64,000 nucleotides of DNA, taken from positions 66,011 through 130,010 of the forward strand of contig JAHRWD010000014.1 in assembly GCA_019090315.1 (NCBI GenBank), in the 5' to 3' direction. This stretch comes from Pseudomonadales bacterium. GTDB taxonomy: Bacteria > Pseudomonadota > Gammaproteobacteria > Pseudomonadales > JAHRWD01. Below are positions 1-10,599 of this stretch, in pieces. A program made the translations under genes and the position numbers. The notes below the pieces were generated by a model, which worked only from the letters and a program-made list of their open reading frames with translations, did no database searches and had not been told where the DNA came from. Numbering within the stretch: the stretch's first letter is position 1; each line of letters starts with the position of its first letter.

Positions 1-209
1 TCGATATCACCGGAGCTAATCCAGGCTTCGATTTTAGCGCCATTATCCGTCGCTAATTGCACAGCAACATCTACCAAATCAAGAGCTGAACCCACCTGTA
101 TTACCTTGCCTGCAGCATGCTGTCGTTGAAGCTCCATCCAGCCAATCATCGCTGTTTCGCCGTTCAGCTTTGCTCGCAACAACTCCTGCTCGGATACCTC
201 ATCACCCAT
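1..209 (-). CDS. partial CDS (about 69 N-terminal codons, 3' end outside window), DUF2288-like small protein
   Basis: Reverse-strand ATG at 209 opens an uninterrupted frame to the window edge (MGDEVSEQELLRAKLNGETAMIGWMELQRQHAAGKVIQVG...). The family guess is from memory only. Confidence 0.4.
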   Translation of the reverse strand, partial: MGDEVSEQELLRAKLNGETAMIGWMELQRQHAAGKVIQVGSALDLVDVAVQLATDNGAKIEAWISSGDI

Positions 210-437
210 CGTACAACCCCGGACTCGAATCAAACCAGTGAAACCCGATACCAACACCGGGCTTTTCTCAGCGGGATGATACCAGCATATTTTTATCAGA
301 CTATAAAATCATTTCCATGACTAAAACCGATTCCCCGCAAATCTGGATATAGCCAGCTACACTTAAGCTGAGTTTGCTATGCCCATATACGTTTTCGTGC
401 CGTAGCAACCCACACAACCGATAAACGAACCATACAT

Positions 438-1700
438 ATGTCCAGACTCAAGCTCTTACTTCTCGCCCTGATATCAGCAACAGCTATCATTATTCCTGAT
501 CTGATTGTCTTCAAACTATATTCATTAGACATCCCAGTTCTGCTGGTATTGATGGCAAAAACGGTTATTACCGTTGGGTTAGTGATCTGGTTAATCCGAA
601 GCTGGCTTGATCGTACGCTAACAACACTAACCAACTCACTCTCTGCAACCACTTCAGATGGCCAGATAGACCTTGCGATTCAACTTCCTAGCTCACAGGG
701 GGTAATACTGGAGCGTTTCATCCATCACCTAAAGAACCTGTTCAACTCTACCGACGACACGATATCAGGATTAACACGCTCCTCGAGCCGACTGATACCG
801 ATGGCTGATGAACTGCACGAAAGCTATCAAAACATGGCGCAAAAAACTGCCGTACAGGAAAATTTTGGGGTAAAAGTCGCAGAGGTCGTATCACGCATGA
901 GTGAAGCCTCTATCGACGCTGAACAGCAGGTGAAGCATATTACCCTGTCTGAAAGCAAAACCAGCGAGTTAGTATCGGACTGTCGTGGTGAGGTGCATAA
1001 AACTGTTTCAACCATGGACACCCTCGCGGATGCGATGCAGGATGCCATCGAAGATCTGTCGTTACTGCAACAGCGTAGCCTCAAAATTGGCTCTATCGTT
1101 GAGGTCATTCGTTCAGTTGCGGATCAAACCAACCTGCTTGCACTTAATGCCGCCATCGAAGCCGCTCGGGCTGGAGAACATGGTCGAGGGTTTGAGGTGG
1201 TAGCCGATGAGGTACGAAATCTGGCTCAACGTACCAGCGATGCCACCCAGGAGATTCACGAAATTGTTGACTCCATTCAGCAAAGCACCGAGCAGATATC
1301 TACCGGTATGGAATCCAGCAATCAGCACACAAAAATGGCCCACGAACAAACCAATTCGATTAGCCAGATTCTGGAGGCTATTTCGAATAGCAGCCAGGAA
1401 GCCTGTGACGCTGCATCTCAAATAAAACAGGTGACCCAAATCCAGTCGGCTGCCGCAGATGAAGTCCAGCTTGCTGTCGATACATTAAGCGACCTAAGCG
1501 CCGATGTACTGAATAGCTCCAATATGCATACCGTGTCCGCAGAAGATCTGCGTAAACTTGCCCAGGCAATGAAAGAACAACTGGGCAAATTTAAACCCGC
1601 ATCCGGTAGCCACGACTGGGATATTGAAAAAAGAGAGAAGCAGTACGCTTCATCCGGTGAGCCTGATGAAGCCGCCACCGATGATATTGAGCTTTGGTAA
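438..1700 (+). CDS. methyl-accepting chemotaxis protein with two closely spaced N-terminal TM helices and no periplasmic sensor domain
   Basis: Contains the MCP signalling hairpin [38 protein letters not shown]. The hydrophobic N-terminus is [15 protein letters not shown]...[20 protein letters not shown]. Confidence 0.9.
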   Translation: MSRLKLLLLALISATAIIIPDLIVFKLYSLDIPVLLVLMAKTVITVGLVIWLIRSWLDRTLTTLTNSLSATTSDGQIDLAIQLPSSQGVILERFIHHLKNLFNSTDDTISGLTRSSSRLIPMADELHESYQNMAQKTAVQENFGVKVAEVVSRMSEASIDAEQQVKHITLSESKTSELVSDCRGEVHKTVSTMDTLADAMQDAIEDLSLLQQRSLKIGSIVEVIRSVADQTNLLALNAAIEAARAGEHGRGFEVVADEVRNLAQRTSDATQEIHEIVDSIQQSTEQISTGMESSNQHTKMAHEQTNSISQILEAISNSSQEACDAASQIKQVTQIQSAAADEVQLAVDTLSDLSADVLNSSNMHTVSAEDLRKLAQAMKEQLGKFKPASGSHDWDIEKREKQYASSGEPDEAATDDIELW

Positions 1701-1840
1701 ACCTGTTTCAGAGCCAATTTATACCAAAAACACCCGCAACAACGCCATAATCCACCCCAGCATATTCGTTTTAATATGTTAGAATCCCGCGCGAACAAAT
1801 CGAGCCTGATTTAACACCTAATCATTTCCGGAACACCATC

Positions 1841-3430
1841 TTGATCTCAACAGCCAATATCACCATGCAATTTGGGGCTAAACCCCTGTTTGAAAACATC
1901 TCTGCCAAATTTGGCGACGGCAACCATTACGGCCTGATTGGCGCGAATGGCTGCGGAAAATCAACCCTGATGAAAATTCTCAGTGGTGAACTTGAAGCCA
2001 CCGGCGGCAATGTCTCCACCGATCCAAACGAGCGTGTCGGTGTACTGAAGCAGGACCAGTTTGCCTTTGAAGAATTCAAGGTAGTGGACACGGTCATCAT
2101 GGGGCATGCAGAGCTCTGGAAAATCAAAGCTGAACGGGAACGCATCTATTCGCTGCCAGAAATGAGCGAAGAAGAGGGCATGAAGGTTGCGGATCTGGAA
2201 GTTGAATTCGGCGAAATGGATGGCTACTCTGCGGAATCCCGCGCCAGCGAGTTGCTGCTCGGTGTTGGTATTCCGCTAGAACAACACGAAGGCCCAATGA
2301 GCGCGGTCGCGCCAGGCTGGAAACTCCGGGTCCTGCTAGCACAGGTACTGTTTGCTGACCCCGACATCATGCTGCTCGATGAGCCAACCAACAACCTCGA
2401 CATCAACACCATCCGCTGGCTGGAAACAGAGCTTAACAATCGTGGTTGCACCATGATCATTATCTCGCATGACCGTCACTTTCTGAACACCGTGTGCTCC
2501 CACATGGCGGATCTGGATTACGGCGCGCTGAGACTGTTCCCCGGCAACTACGATGAATATATGATCGCCGCAACCCAGGCACGTGAACTGCAACAAAACC
2601 AGAATGCCCGTAAGAAAGCCCAAATCGCTGAGCTACAGGCATTTGTCAGCCGTTTCTCTGCCAATGCTTCCAAGGCTAAACAGGCGACATCACGCGCCAA
2701 ACAGATTGACAAAATCAAACTGGACGAGATGAAACCCTCCAGCCGAGTGAACCCTTTTATCCGTTTTGATCAGGAGAAAAAGCTACACAGGCAGGCTCTG
2801 GAGGTTGCAGAACTGACTATCGGATTTGATGACCTGACGCTATTCAAAGACCTCAGCCTGATGATAGACGCCGGCGAACGGGTTGCCATCATCGGCCCCA
2901 ACGGCGCGGGTAAAACATCTCTATTACGTGCGCTACTGGGCGAACTCGAACCCCTCAGTGGTCGAGTCAAATGGTCTGAAAACGCCACCAAAGGTTACTA
3001 CGCACAGGATCACAGCGACGACTTTGCAACCGATATGAGCCTGTTCGACTGGATTGGCCTGTGGGGCAAACCCAGCGATGACGAGCAGGTACTACGCGGA
3101 GTTCTTGGCAAACTGCTGTTCTCCCGCGACGAATCTGAAAAATCCGTCCAGGTAATTTCCGGTGGTGAACAGGGCCGTATGTTGTTCGGCAAACTGATGT
3201 TACAAAAAGACAATGTCCTGCTGATGGACGAACCCACCAACCACCTGGATATGGAATCGATCGAATCCCTTAACCTCGCGTTGGACAACTACCCCGGCAC
3301 CCTGCTTTTTGTCAGCCATGACCGGGAGTTTGTTTCATCTCTGGCCACCCGCATTATCGAACTCACCCCCGAAGGCGTAGTCGATTTCAAAGGCAGTTAC
3401 GAAGAATACCTACGCAGCCAGGGTGAATAG
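1841..3430 (+). CDS. ybiT: ABC-F family ATPase, YbiT-like
   Basis: Two Walker A sites ([18 protein letters not shown]), an ISGGEQGR signature and no TM domain. The protein is collinear with E. coli YbiT as I recall it (..[16 protein letters not shown].. to ..YEEYLRSQG). It has a TTG start. Confidence 0.85.
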   Translation: MISTANITMQFGAKPLFENISAKFGDGNHYGLIGANGCGKSTLMKILSGELEATGGNVSTDPNERVGVLKQDQFAFEEFKVVDTVIMGHAELWKIKAERERIYSLPEMSEEEGMKVADLEVEFGEMDGYSAESRASELLLGVGIPLEQHEGPMSAVAPGWKLRVLLAQVLFADPDIMLLDEPTNNLDINTIRWLETELNNRGCTMIIISHDRHFLNTVCSHMADLDYGALRLFPGNYDEYMIAATQARELQQNQNARKKAQIAELQAFVSRFSANASKAKQATSRAKQIDKIKLDEMKPSSRVNPFIRFDQEKKLHRQALEVAELTIGFDDLTLFKDLSLMIDAGERVAIIGPNGAGKTSLLRALLGELEPLSGRVKWSENATKGYYAQDHSDDFATDMSLFDWIGLWGKPSDDEQVLRGVLGKLLFSRDESEKSVQVISGGEQGRMLFGKLMLQKDNVLLMDEPTNHLDMESIESLNLALDNYPGTLLFVSHDREFVSSLATRIIELTPEGVVDFKGSYEEYLRSQGE

Positions 3431-3514
3431 CAAAAGTCACCTCAACACACATATGAACAACCCATAAATCACTAAGCAACCTTCGTACGAAGGTCTCGTT
3501 AAACAGGAGCTAAT

Positions 3515-4135
3515 ATGTCAGATAAATACAACACATCAGAACTACAGGTCAGTTACGGTATTGGCCGACAAATGGGCGACCAGCTTGCCAGCAACCCATT
3601 CGACGGAATGGTAATTGAAGCGGTGATCGAAGGTTTATCCGATTCGCTCAACAAAAAACCTCTGCCTATTGAACCAGCAGTGCTAGATGCCGCGTTCAAA
3701 GAGATCAGCGCACGCATGCAAGCTCAGCAAACTGAGCAGTCTTTAGAGCTAGCTGGCGACGGCGAAAAATTCCTCGCGGAAAATGCCAAACGTCCAGAGA
3801 TCACCGTAACTGAGTCCGGTCTTCAATACGAAGTCGTTAACGCAGGTGATGGCGAAAAACCATCCGCCAGCTCTACCGTTCGCACCCACTACCACGGCAC
3901 ACTCATTACTGGAAAAGTGTTCGACAGCTCCTACGATCGTGGCGAACCCGCTGAATTCCCAGTAGGCGGCGTAATCGCTGGCTGGACCGAAGCACTGCAA
4001 ATGATGGAAGTTGGCGCAAAATGGAAACTCTACCTTCCGTATCAACTCGCCTACGGCGAAAACGGTGCCGGTGGCGATATCGGCCCCTACTCTGCTTTGA
4101 TTTTTGATGTTGAGCTACTGGCTATCGTAGGCTAA
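3515..4135 (+). CDS. fklB: FKBP-type peptidyl-prolyl cis-trans isomerase
   Basis: 206 aa. The FKBP C-domain reads HYHGTLITGKVFDSSYDRGEPAEFPVGGVIAGWTEALQMM. An AGGAG RBS lies upstream of the ATG. Confidence 0.9.
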   Translation: MSDKYNTSELQVSYGIGRQMGDQLASNPFDGMVIEAVIEGLSDSLNKKPLPIEPAVLDAAFKEISARMQAQQTEQSLELAGDGEKFLAENAKRPEITVTESGLQYEVVNAGDGEKPSASSTVRTHYHGTLITGKVFDSSYDRGEPAEFPVGGVIAGWTEALQMMEVGAKWKLYLPYQLAYGENGAGGDIGPYSALIFDVELLAIVG

Positions 4136-4174
4136 TACTCGTTTGAAAAATTTTTAAACGCAGCAGTATTACAA

Positions 4175-4235
4175 GGCCGCCACTGTTATCTCCAGCAATT
4201 TTTTTTGTGGTAAACAGTGGTGGCCTTTTTGTTTT
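4175..4235 (+). terminator. rho-independent terminator after fklB
   Basis: The arm ggccgccactgtt pairs with aacagtggtggcc (one G-U) and is followed by tttttgtttt. The loop is rather long. Confidence 0.55.
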
Positions 4236-4377
4236 ATTAAAATAGAAAACGCCAGACACTTTTTCGCTATACATTCAGTTATTTGTATACTGTGCATGCA
4301 TGGGAGTGCCAACATTGGCCTACCCTATTTGTATTCAGCTCACCTTTCCAAATAACAATAATAAGAGAGACAAAACC

Positions 4378-4764
4378 ATGTTAAGCAAAGCCGTACTATG
4401 GGTAACCGCTGTTGTATTTGTTGGCTACGGCCTGGTGTGTTTTATTGACCCTCAGATACCAGCCACATACAGCGGTATTGGTTTAACCAATGCGGATTCA
4501 TGGATTGAAACGGCGGCGATGTACGGCGGACTTCAGGCTGGTCTTGGTTTTTTCTGTCTGATTGCTGCCATGAGACCTGAATACAGCAGAGCGGGCCTTC
4601 TCATGATTGTATGCATAATAGGCGGCCTTGCGAGCGCTCGCGCTATTACCTTTGCATTCACAAGCAATCCGGTCACCTCTTATACCTACGGTGCACTGGG
4701 CTATGAAGCATTAACTACGATATTGGCGGCGGTCGCTTTTTTTAAACCAAAAGCAGAACAATAG
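4378..4764 (+). CDS. small 4-TM membrane protein, DUF4345-like
   Basis: An internal ATG at 4378 is preceded by agagaga. The protein is hydrophobic and carries ETAAMYGGLQAGLG. The upstream part of the 4300 ORF looks non-coding. Confidence 0.55.
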   Translation: MLSKAVLWVTAVVFVGYGLVCFIDPQIPATYSGIGLTNADSWIETAAMYGGLQAGLGFFCLIAAMRPEYSRAGLLMIVCIIGGLASARAITFAFTSNPVTSYTYGALGYEALTTILAAVAFFKPKAEQ

Positions 4765-4814
4765 CCGGTACAGCACCACCACTGTAATATTGGATTATCG
4801 TTCTTCCAGCTAGC

Positions 4815-5555
4815 TCAATCGGACAGCCCTGCATCCAGATGCGATGCTGATTGCTGCTCTGTATCAAACCAGAATCGATGGCCATTTTCGGTCAGCCAGG
4901 TTTTCATCTCGCTGTAATCCGGACAATGGCCTTCCACTAACTTCCAGTATTGTCGGGAGTGGTTCATATAAACCAGGTGGCAAACTTCATGGATGATGAG
5001 ATATTCCACCACCATAGTAGGCGCCAGCATAATCAATTCATTAAATTGAATGATACCTTTACTGGAGCAGTGCCCCCATTTGCTACGGGTTTTTCGAAAA
5101 CGAATCTGTTGCAGCGAGTCTTCTACGCCTAATCGGGCAGCGTAGGCTTCGGTGCGGGGAACCATGTAGGCACGGGCCTGATCTTTGAGCCAGTTGTGGA
5201 ATAGTTTTAGCGCTTTTTCGGAGGTTTCTATTCGGCCTTCGATGCAGAGTTTACCCGCCTCGATATAGACTTTATTGCGGGATGCGAGCCGTAATTGCAG
5301 CTGCAGTTCGTGCCCCAGAAATGTGATGGATTCGCCATCGGTCATTTGATATTGCTCGGTCTTATTCTTGAGCTGCTGTGCTAACTGGGTGTTTATCCAG
5401 TCTGCTTTGTTTTCTACAAATTGCTGAACCCAGGCGTTATCAATACGTTGCGGAGTACGCACTTCCACCTTGCCATTGCGAAGATGGATGGCAACAGTTT
5501 TTCGTTTGGAGCGGACGATCTGATATTCAAAATCCAGATCAATTCCTGTATTCAC
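4815..5555 (-). CDS. YgjP-like (DUF45/M48-type) zinc metallohydrolase
   Basis: Contains the HEVCHL zinc motif and the YQIVRSKRKT N-terminal pattern typical of the family. Confidence 0.75.
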   Translation of the reverse strand: MNTGIDLDFEYQIVRSKRKTVAIHLRNGKVEVRTPQRIDNAWVQQFVENKADWINTQLAQQLKNKTEQYQMTDGESITFLGHELQLQLRLASRNKVYIEAGKLCIEGRIETSEKALKLFHNWLKDQARAYMVPRTEAYAARLGVEDSLQQIRFRKTRSKWGHCSSKGIIQFNELIMLAPTMVVEYLIIHEVCHLVYMNHSRQYWKLVEGHCPDYSEMKTWLTENGHRFWFDTEQQSASHLDAGLSD

Positions 5556-5576
5556 TTAATCAGAGGCTCCTTAATT

Positions 5577-7118
5577 CTAATCCTTTTTTGGTTTTTTCTT
5601 GAAGGCAGCATAACCATCACGTTTGCCGTCACGTTTACCATCGCGCTTATCGTCAGGCTTCGACGGAACAGATTTTGATGCAGCAGGCTTTCGCGCCCAG
5701 ACACTGGATTCTGCCGGTTCATCATCATCAAAATCCTCATCCTCCAGATCCAATTCCCTCTCTTCCGCGGCCGCCTTTTCGCGTTTGGCTTTTTTTGAAG
5801 CTTCCAGCTCGGCTTCACGGGCTGCATCCCGCAATGTGGGGTCAGTAGGTATTCTACGTTTACCAATATTCTTCTTGTCACGCTTACGCTGTTTGGGCAG
5901 CTCAACTTTATCTTTCTTCTCTTCCTTTTTCTTTTTGGTGCCGATGGTTTTACCGGAGTTTTTAGTTTTGTCCGGGCCTTTAAATTTCCCCATCAATGCG
6001 GAGGTTTCCCTACGCTCAAACTGGTGTCGCAGGTAGCGCTCAATATTGATCATACGATTCCATTCGTATGCGCTAATCAGTGAGATCGCAACCCCTTTGG
6101 CTCCGGCTCGGCCGGTTCGGCCAATACGGTGAATATAGTCATCACCACTGCGGGCCATATCAAAGTTGATCACCAGATCAATGTTTTTCACATCCAGACC
6201 ACGGGCGGCCAGATCCGTAGCTATCAGCACTTCAACACGATTATTGCGCATCTGTTGCAATACATAGTTGCGCTGGCTTTGCTCCATATCGCCATGCAGA
6301 ATGCCGACCCGTCGGTCGCTATTGCGCAACATTGCACATAACTTGTCCGCGCGGTCGCGGGTATTGGTGAACACCAGTGCACGTACATAGGTTTCATGCT
6401 GGAGCAACCAGGCTACCTGTTTCTCCTTGTGCTCCAGGCTATCCGACAGCACAATTTCCTGTGTGATATTTTCATGCTGATCCCGTACGCTATTGAGAGT
6501 AATAGTGGTGGGATCCTGCAGCACCTGGCTGGCAACACCACCCATCAATTTCTGACTCAGGGTTGCGGAAAACAGCATGCTCTGGCGTTGTTCGTTACAG
6601 CGGGAAACAATATTCAGTACATCTTCGCTGAAGCCCATATCCAGCATTCGATCCGCTTCATCCAGCACCAGTACTTCCAACTCTTTAAAGTCCGCATGGC
6701 CACGATCCATATGCTCGATAAGTCGGCCAGGTGTCGCAATCAGTATTTCCGGGTTCTTCCGAAACAGTGCTTTCTGGTGTTTAAATTCGTCACCGCCGGT
6801 AATAATGCCTACTCTCATCGAGGTGAAACGAACCATGTCGCGGGTCTGTTTATTGATCTGACGAGCCAATTCACGGGTCGGCACCAGTATTAGTGCGCGG
6901 GTGCCGCTTGCGGGAGTTTCAGATGTCAGTAGCCGTTGCAGCGTGGGCAACAGGAATGCAGCAGTCTTGCCACTGCCGGTTTCCGCGCTGACCAGAAGGT
7001 CTTTACCCTCTAGCGCGACAGGAATCACCTGTTCCTGTACAGGCGTAGCCTCAACGAATTCAAGGGCTTCGAGGGCTTTGTACAGATTAGGCTGGAGCGG
7101 GAGATCGGAAAGTAACAA
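5577..7118 (-). CDS. DEAD-box ATP-dependent RNA helicase with a long K/R/D-rich C-terminal tail
   Basis: Contains AETGSGKT, DEAD, SAT and HRIGRTGRAG motifs. It has a TTG start behind gagg. The tail contains DGKRDGKRDGKRDG. Confidence 0.9.
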   Translation of the reverse strand: MLLSDLPLQPNLYKALEALEFVEATPVQEQVIPVALEGKDLLVSAETGSGKTAAFLLPTLQRLLTSETPASGTRALILVPTRELARQINKQTRDMVRFTSMRVGIITGGDEFKHQKALFRKNPEILIATPGRLIEHMDRGHADFKELEVLVLDEADRMLDMGFSEDVLNIVSRCNEQRQSMLFSATLSQKLMGGVASQVLQDPTTITLNSVRDQHENITQEIVLSDSLEHKEKQVAWLLQHETYVRALVFTNTRDRADKLCAMLRNSDRRVGILHGDMEQSQRNYVLQQMRNNRVEVLIATDLAARGLDVKNIDLVINFDMARSGDDYIHRIGRTGRAGAKGVAISLISAYEWNRMINIERYLRHQFERRETSALMGKFKGPDKTKNSGKTIGTKKKKEEKKDKVELPKQRKRDKKNIGKRRIPTDPTLRDAAREAELEASKKAKREKAAAEERELDLEDEDFDDDEPAESSVWARKPAASKSVPSKPDDKRDGKRDGKRDGYAAFKKKPKKD

Positions 7119-7273
7119 CGGGAACCTCTGGTTCAGAGTGGCTAAAACATGACAGGAAGAAAAACTGAGGTCCGGGGCGAAGGGATGCCGCCTTACCTAT
7201 ATCCGACGCATTATAAACAGGTATCGCTGACAATAAAGAGATCTGACAGCTGAATGGCTAATGTTCGAGCTGG

Positions 7274-7840
7274 CTAACCAATGCCATCCCATTGTTTACA
7301 GTAGTTTTCTAGCGGTTCCAGTACACGCGGGCTGGGTTCAAGAACCGCAGTACCAAGGTAGAGATAGGCTATAATTTCATCCGCTTCGTCGAGACCAAGC
7401 CCGGTTTTCACAATTGATTTATAGGCCATTTCACCAGTGCGCCACATCGCACCGTAACCGAGATCCTCAGCGGCCAGCAGCATATTTTGTACCGCTGCGC
7501 CGGTAGCAATCATCTGCTCCAGTACCGGTACTTTGTGGCCCTCGACTGGTCGAGTAGCTGCAACTACCACTAGCGGCGCTCTTAATGGCATGGCTTTAAT
7601 ACGTTGTTGGCGCTGCTCCGAAAGATCAGGCGATTCTTCCAATGCAGCTTTTAGATACAGATCACCCAGCGCGATACGCGCCTCCCCTTCAATCACAAGA
7701 AACTTCCACGGCTGTAAACGACCGTGATCAGGCGCGCATAGCGCTGATTCCAGAATGAGGTTTAGCTGGTCAGAAGTGGGGGCAGGGGTGGTCAGCTTTG
7801 GTGAAGAGCGTCGGTTTCGTATCGTTTGAATCGCACTCAT
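7274..7840 (-). CDS. ydjA: NAD(P)H nitroreductase, YdjA-like
   Basis: 188 aa, collinear with E. coli YdjA as I recall it (RRS..L..PAPT..QL..IL..A..APDH..LQPW.F.VIEGE). Confidence 0.8.
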   Translation of the reverse strand: MSAIQTIRNRRSSPKLTTPAPTSDQLNLILESALCAPDHGRLQPWKFLVIEGEARIALGDLYLKAALEESPDLSEQRQQRIKAMPLRAPLVVVAATRPVEGHKVPVLEQMIATGAAVQNMLLAAEDLGYGAMWRTGEMAYKSIVKTGLGLDEADEIIAYLYLGTAVLEPSPRVLEPLENYCKQWDGIG

Positions 7841-7921
7841 TTCCGGTATGTATCCTTTCGAAATGTGCGCACCGCTGCGCTGGAATACGAATTTTACCCG
7901 TGCAATGCTTTCAATACCAAA

Positions 7922-9076
7922 TCAATACCAAATCGAAAAATAGAACCGTACAACATCGGCAGTCAGACTGTACAAGGGTTCATCTCCTGGCGCTCCATCT
8001 GCCGTCACATCACGGAAATCATCATACTCAAACATCAGGTGATCAACCTTGAGGTTAACACTCAATTTTTCCAGGTAGGTAGATTTCAACGGATAGATAT
8101 AGCTCACACCAAAACCGATTCTTTGAGATGTAAAAGTACTTAGCTCTTTATCACGAGCAAGAAATTTCTGTGAATCGGCATACGGATATAAGTCCGAATA
8201 AAAATCAGCACCTTCCTGAGAATAGAATCGAACATTTGCCTCAAGGATCCAATGGTCTCCCACCGTATGGGTGTATCGCAGAGTGATATTGTCGGCCTTG
8301 ATATTCCATGTATCTTCAAAGTACCGATACTCAAACATTATTGAAGCACGGTAAGGCAGATAGTACATTGACCGAATCGCAACGGCATCGCTGGTACGTG
8401 TTTCTGGATATCGTTCCGGCTCATAACTGTATCCAACGGGCACAGTCGAATCCAGGTATCGTACAGTTCGATAGGGGTTATTCAGAAAACCCTGATTGGT
8501 GATGGTTTCAAGTGTGACGTTAACTATCCAGTTTTTAGTCAAAATCTGCGAGAGATTAAACTGGTAGTTTCTGCTGGTTACATCTTCCTCGAAATCCGGG
8601 TCGCCGGTTTTGCCGACCACATCCGATCCCTGGGCATATCCAATCGATAGATTTGTCAGATCACCAAAAAAATCCTGGCTTATGGAGAACCTTAATGAGG
8701 ATGCAGAATAGTCATTCTCTTCGCTTTCGCCATAGCCGAAACTCATCAGCGTTTTTTCATGGAGGTAATCGATTCCGGCACTGACTTCGGTTCGCTCCTC
8801 TGTATAAGCGCTGGCGGTTGAGACTACATCAATCGAAGCACTACTAATGGTATCGACATAGTAATTTGCGCTGACTGATACGGTATCAGCAAAACCTTTT
8901 CGCACCAGTACCGATGGGCCATCTACAGTAATGCCACCCCCATCATAGGAGTGATACATCACATCAGCACGATCTTCGGGTAATACCGCAGCGATACTGC
9001 TGGTAGATACGAACAGAGAAATAAAGAGTGGTAATAAAAGGGTATGTAAACCTTTTGACTGGTTTCGCAGAGTCAT
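7922..9076 (-). CDS. DUF3570-like outer-membrane beta-barrel protein
   Basis: Has a signal peptide, alternating beta-strand pattern throughout and an aromatic C-terminus (FSIWY). It sits in the usual DUF4266/TlpA context. Confidence 0.65.
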   Translation of the reverse strand: MTLRNQSKGLHTLLLPLFISLFVSTSSIAAVLPEDRADVMYHSYDGGGITVDGPSVLVRKGFADTVSVSANYYVDTISSASIDVVSTASAYTEERTEVSAGIDYLHEKTLMSFGYGESEENDYSASSLRFSISQDFFGDLTNLSIGYAQGSDVVGKTGDPDFEEDVTSRNYQFNLSQILTKNWIVNVTLETITNQGFLNNPYRTVRYLDSTVPVGYSYEPERYPETRTSDAVAIRSMYYLPYRASIMFEYRYFEDTWNIKADNITLRYTHTVGDHWILEANVRFYSQEGADFYSDLYPYADSQKFLARDKELSTFTSQRIGFGVSYIYPLKSTYLEKLSVNLKVDHLMFEYDDFRDVTADGAPGDEPLYSLTADVVRFYFSIWY

Positions 9077-9109
9077 AATATATGGGAACTAACAGAGGGA
9101 TTACAAACC

Positions 9110-9361
9110 CTAGTTACAGCCACAACCTCCGCCACTTCCACCTTCGGCACCTCGGGCACCTTCCCGGGCTTGATGAACATGGTGCATATAACTTCCTTCA
9201 ACACCATCGCGATCAAAACTCATAATGGGATCAGCAAGGTTATTTCGCTCGTAGGGTTTAACCCAGGGTTTCGGCATAGAACAGCCACCAAGAACAACCG
9301 TCAGCAATAAATATGCGATAGCGGTTTTAAGGGTTTGTCCGGTAGCGTTCACAAACATCAA
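9110..9361 (-). CDS. DUF4266-like small lipoprotein
   Basis: Has the lipobox VLGGC and the glycine/cysteine C-terminal tail GGSGGGCGCN that I associate with DUF4266. Confidence 0.65.
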   Translation of the reverse strand: MMFVNATGQTLKTAIAYLLLTVVLGGCSMPKPWVKPYERNNLADPIMSFDRDGVEGSYMHHVHQAREGARGAEGGSGGGCGCN

Positions 9362-9363
9362 TT

Positions 9364-9876
9364 CTATTCACGAACCAGCGTTTTTACTTGCTGTGCGTAC
9401 AGCTCTTCATACCCAGGTTTGTAACCCTTATGTAGATAACGCATATTGCCATCACGATCGACCAGAATGGTACTCGGCATCGCATCTACTTTGAACAATT
9501 CTGTAACCCGGTTTTCGGTATCATAAAGAACCGGAAAATTTACCGGATTTTCCGCCAGCATTTCATTTGCTTTTGCGGAATTTTCCTCTACGTTAACACC
9601 CAGTATTGTAAAACCTAGATCCTCATATTTTTCCTGAATCTCACTTAATTCCGGCATCTCCTGCCGACAAGGACCACACCAGGACGCCCAAAAATTTATC
9701 ATCACTACCTGGCCTTTCAGCTCACTCAATCTCAGATTTTCCCCGGTACTGCTCTTCAGGGTAAAATCTGGAGCTGGCGCGTTCGATGCCGCGAAGCTAC
9801 CACTACTAATCAACAGCATTCCTGCCAATATCAGAAGATGTTTCATCAACAAAGAACAACTATTTTTTAACTTCAT
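9364..9876 (-). CDS. TlpA-family periplasmic thiol:disulfide oxidoreductase
   Basis: Has a signal peptide and the WCGPC active site (nt 9667-9681). The thioredoxin fold context reads VVMINFWASWCGPCRQEMP. Confidence 0.85.
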   Translation of the reverse strand: MKLKNSCSLLMKHLLILAGMLLISSGSFAASNAPAPDFTLKSSTGENLRLSELKGQVVMINFWASWCGPCRQEMPELSEIQEKYEDLGFTILGVNVEENSAKANEMLAENPVNFPVLYDTENRVTELFKVDAMPSTILVDRDGNMRYLHKGYKPGYEELYAQQVKTLVRE

Positions 9877-9927
9877 TTTTAATACCTTCTTTCAGAGCAA
9901 GAATGAGAACAACATGATCATCTGGCA

Positions 9928-10599
9928 TCAAAAAAACCAGGTAAGACCACCGGTAAATTCAAGGTTATGACTGGTTTTATCGACACCTAACAAATTCATA
10001 TTGAGCATGTGATCGCGCATATCAAGATGAAACGCAATTTCATCGGTTAGCAATAATCGATAACCAAAACCAAAATTGAGCGTGAAAAATTTGTCACCAG
10101 CAAACTCTGTAGTGCCGGCACCGGTCACCAGATAAAGTTCCGAAACAAAGGTTTTATTTTTGCTAAAAAACACCTCACCAGGAAACAGGTTGTATCCTAC
10201 AGAAACATTGTAGTAGCTGTATTCCCTTTGGTCATCGCTCAACAAATCAACACTACTAAGAATTTCAAAACTGGTTTTTTCAGTTTCCGACAGGCCGTAA
10301 ATACCTTCAACAAAAATTTGCTCGTTTACGTGATAGGCCAGCCTGGCAACAAACACACCATTCACACCAAAATCTTCTACGCTCAAAAGCCCGTAGGAAA
10401 CACCGAATTCAAAATCCTCGGTATCAATGTCTGGCTTTTCGATCTCTGTACGTTCTACCTCAGGCTCAAAATTGTCTGTAGCCGGGAGGGAATCATCCGC
10501 ATGAGATACTGATGTAACACCGACAAAAAGCAGCATCACAAAACAGGATAATCTGGCTAGTGGCTTGATCAGAAAAATACGCTGAATCCGGTTTTCCAT
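9928..10599 (-). CDS. small outer-membrane beta-barrel protein
   Basis: Has a signal peptide ending in SHA, an acidic linker, an amphipathic strand pattern and the C-terminal GGLTWFF. It overlaps the upstream gene by 31 nt. Confidence 0.6.
   Translation of the reverse strand: MENRIQRIFLIKPLARLSCFVMLLFVGVTSVSHADDSLPATDNFEPEVERTEIEKPDIDTEDFEFGVSYGLLSVEDFGVNGVFVARLAYHVNEQIFVEGIYGLSETEKTSFEILSSVDLLSDDQREYSYYNVSVGYNLFPGEVFFSKNKTFVSELYLVTGAGTTEFAGDKFFTLNFGFGYRLLLTDEIAFHLDMRDHMLNMNLLGVDKTSHNLEFTGGLTWFF

Noticed and set aside
117-320. A 67-aa plus-strand ORF at the window start.
   Set aside because: It lies antisense to a better-supported reverse-strand frame (ATG at 209, DUF2288-like). It has no RBS or motif.
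4300-4377. N-terminal extensions of ORF-track entries: 4300, 28352, 53900, 54609, 56499, 58692 and 61494.
   Set aside because: In each case an internal start with an RBS coincides with the beginning of family similarity or of the signal peptide. The extensions overlap neighbouring genes or intergenic DNA.
5600-5660. A 12-nt tandem repeat, three copies, encoding KRDG.
   Set aside because: It lies in-frame within the low-complexity basic tail of the DEAD-box helicase. Such tails are common, and it is not an independent element.
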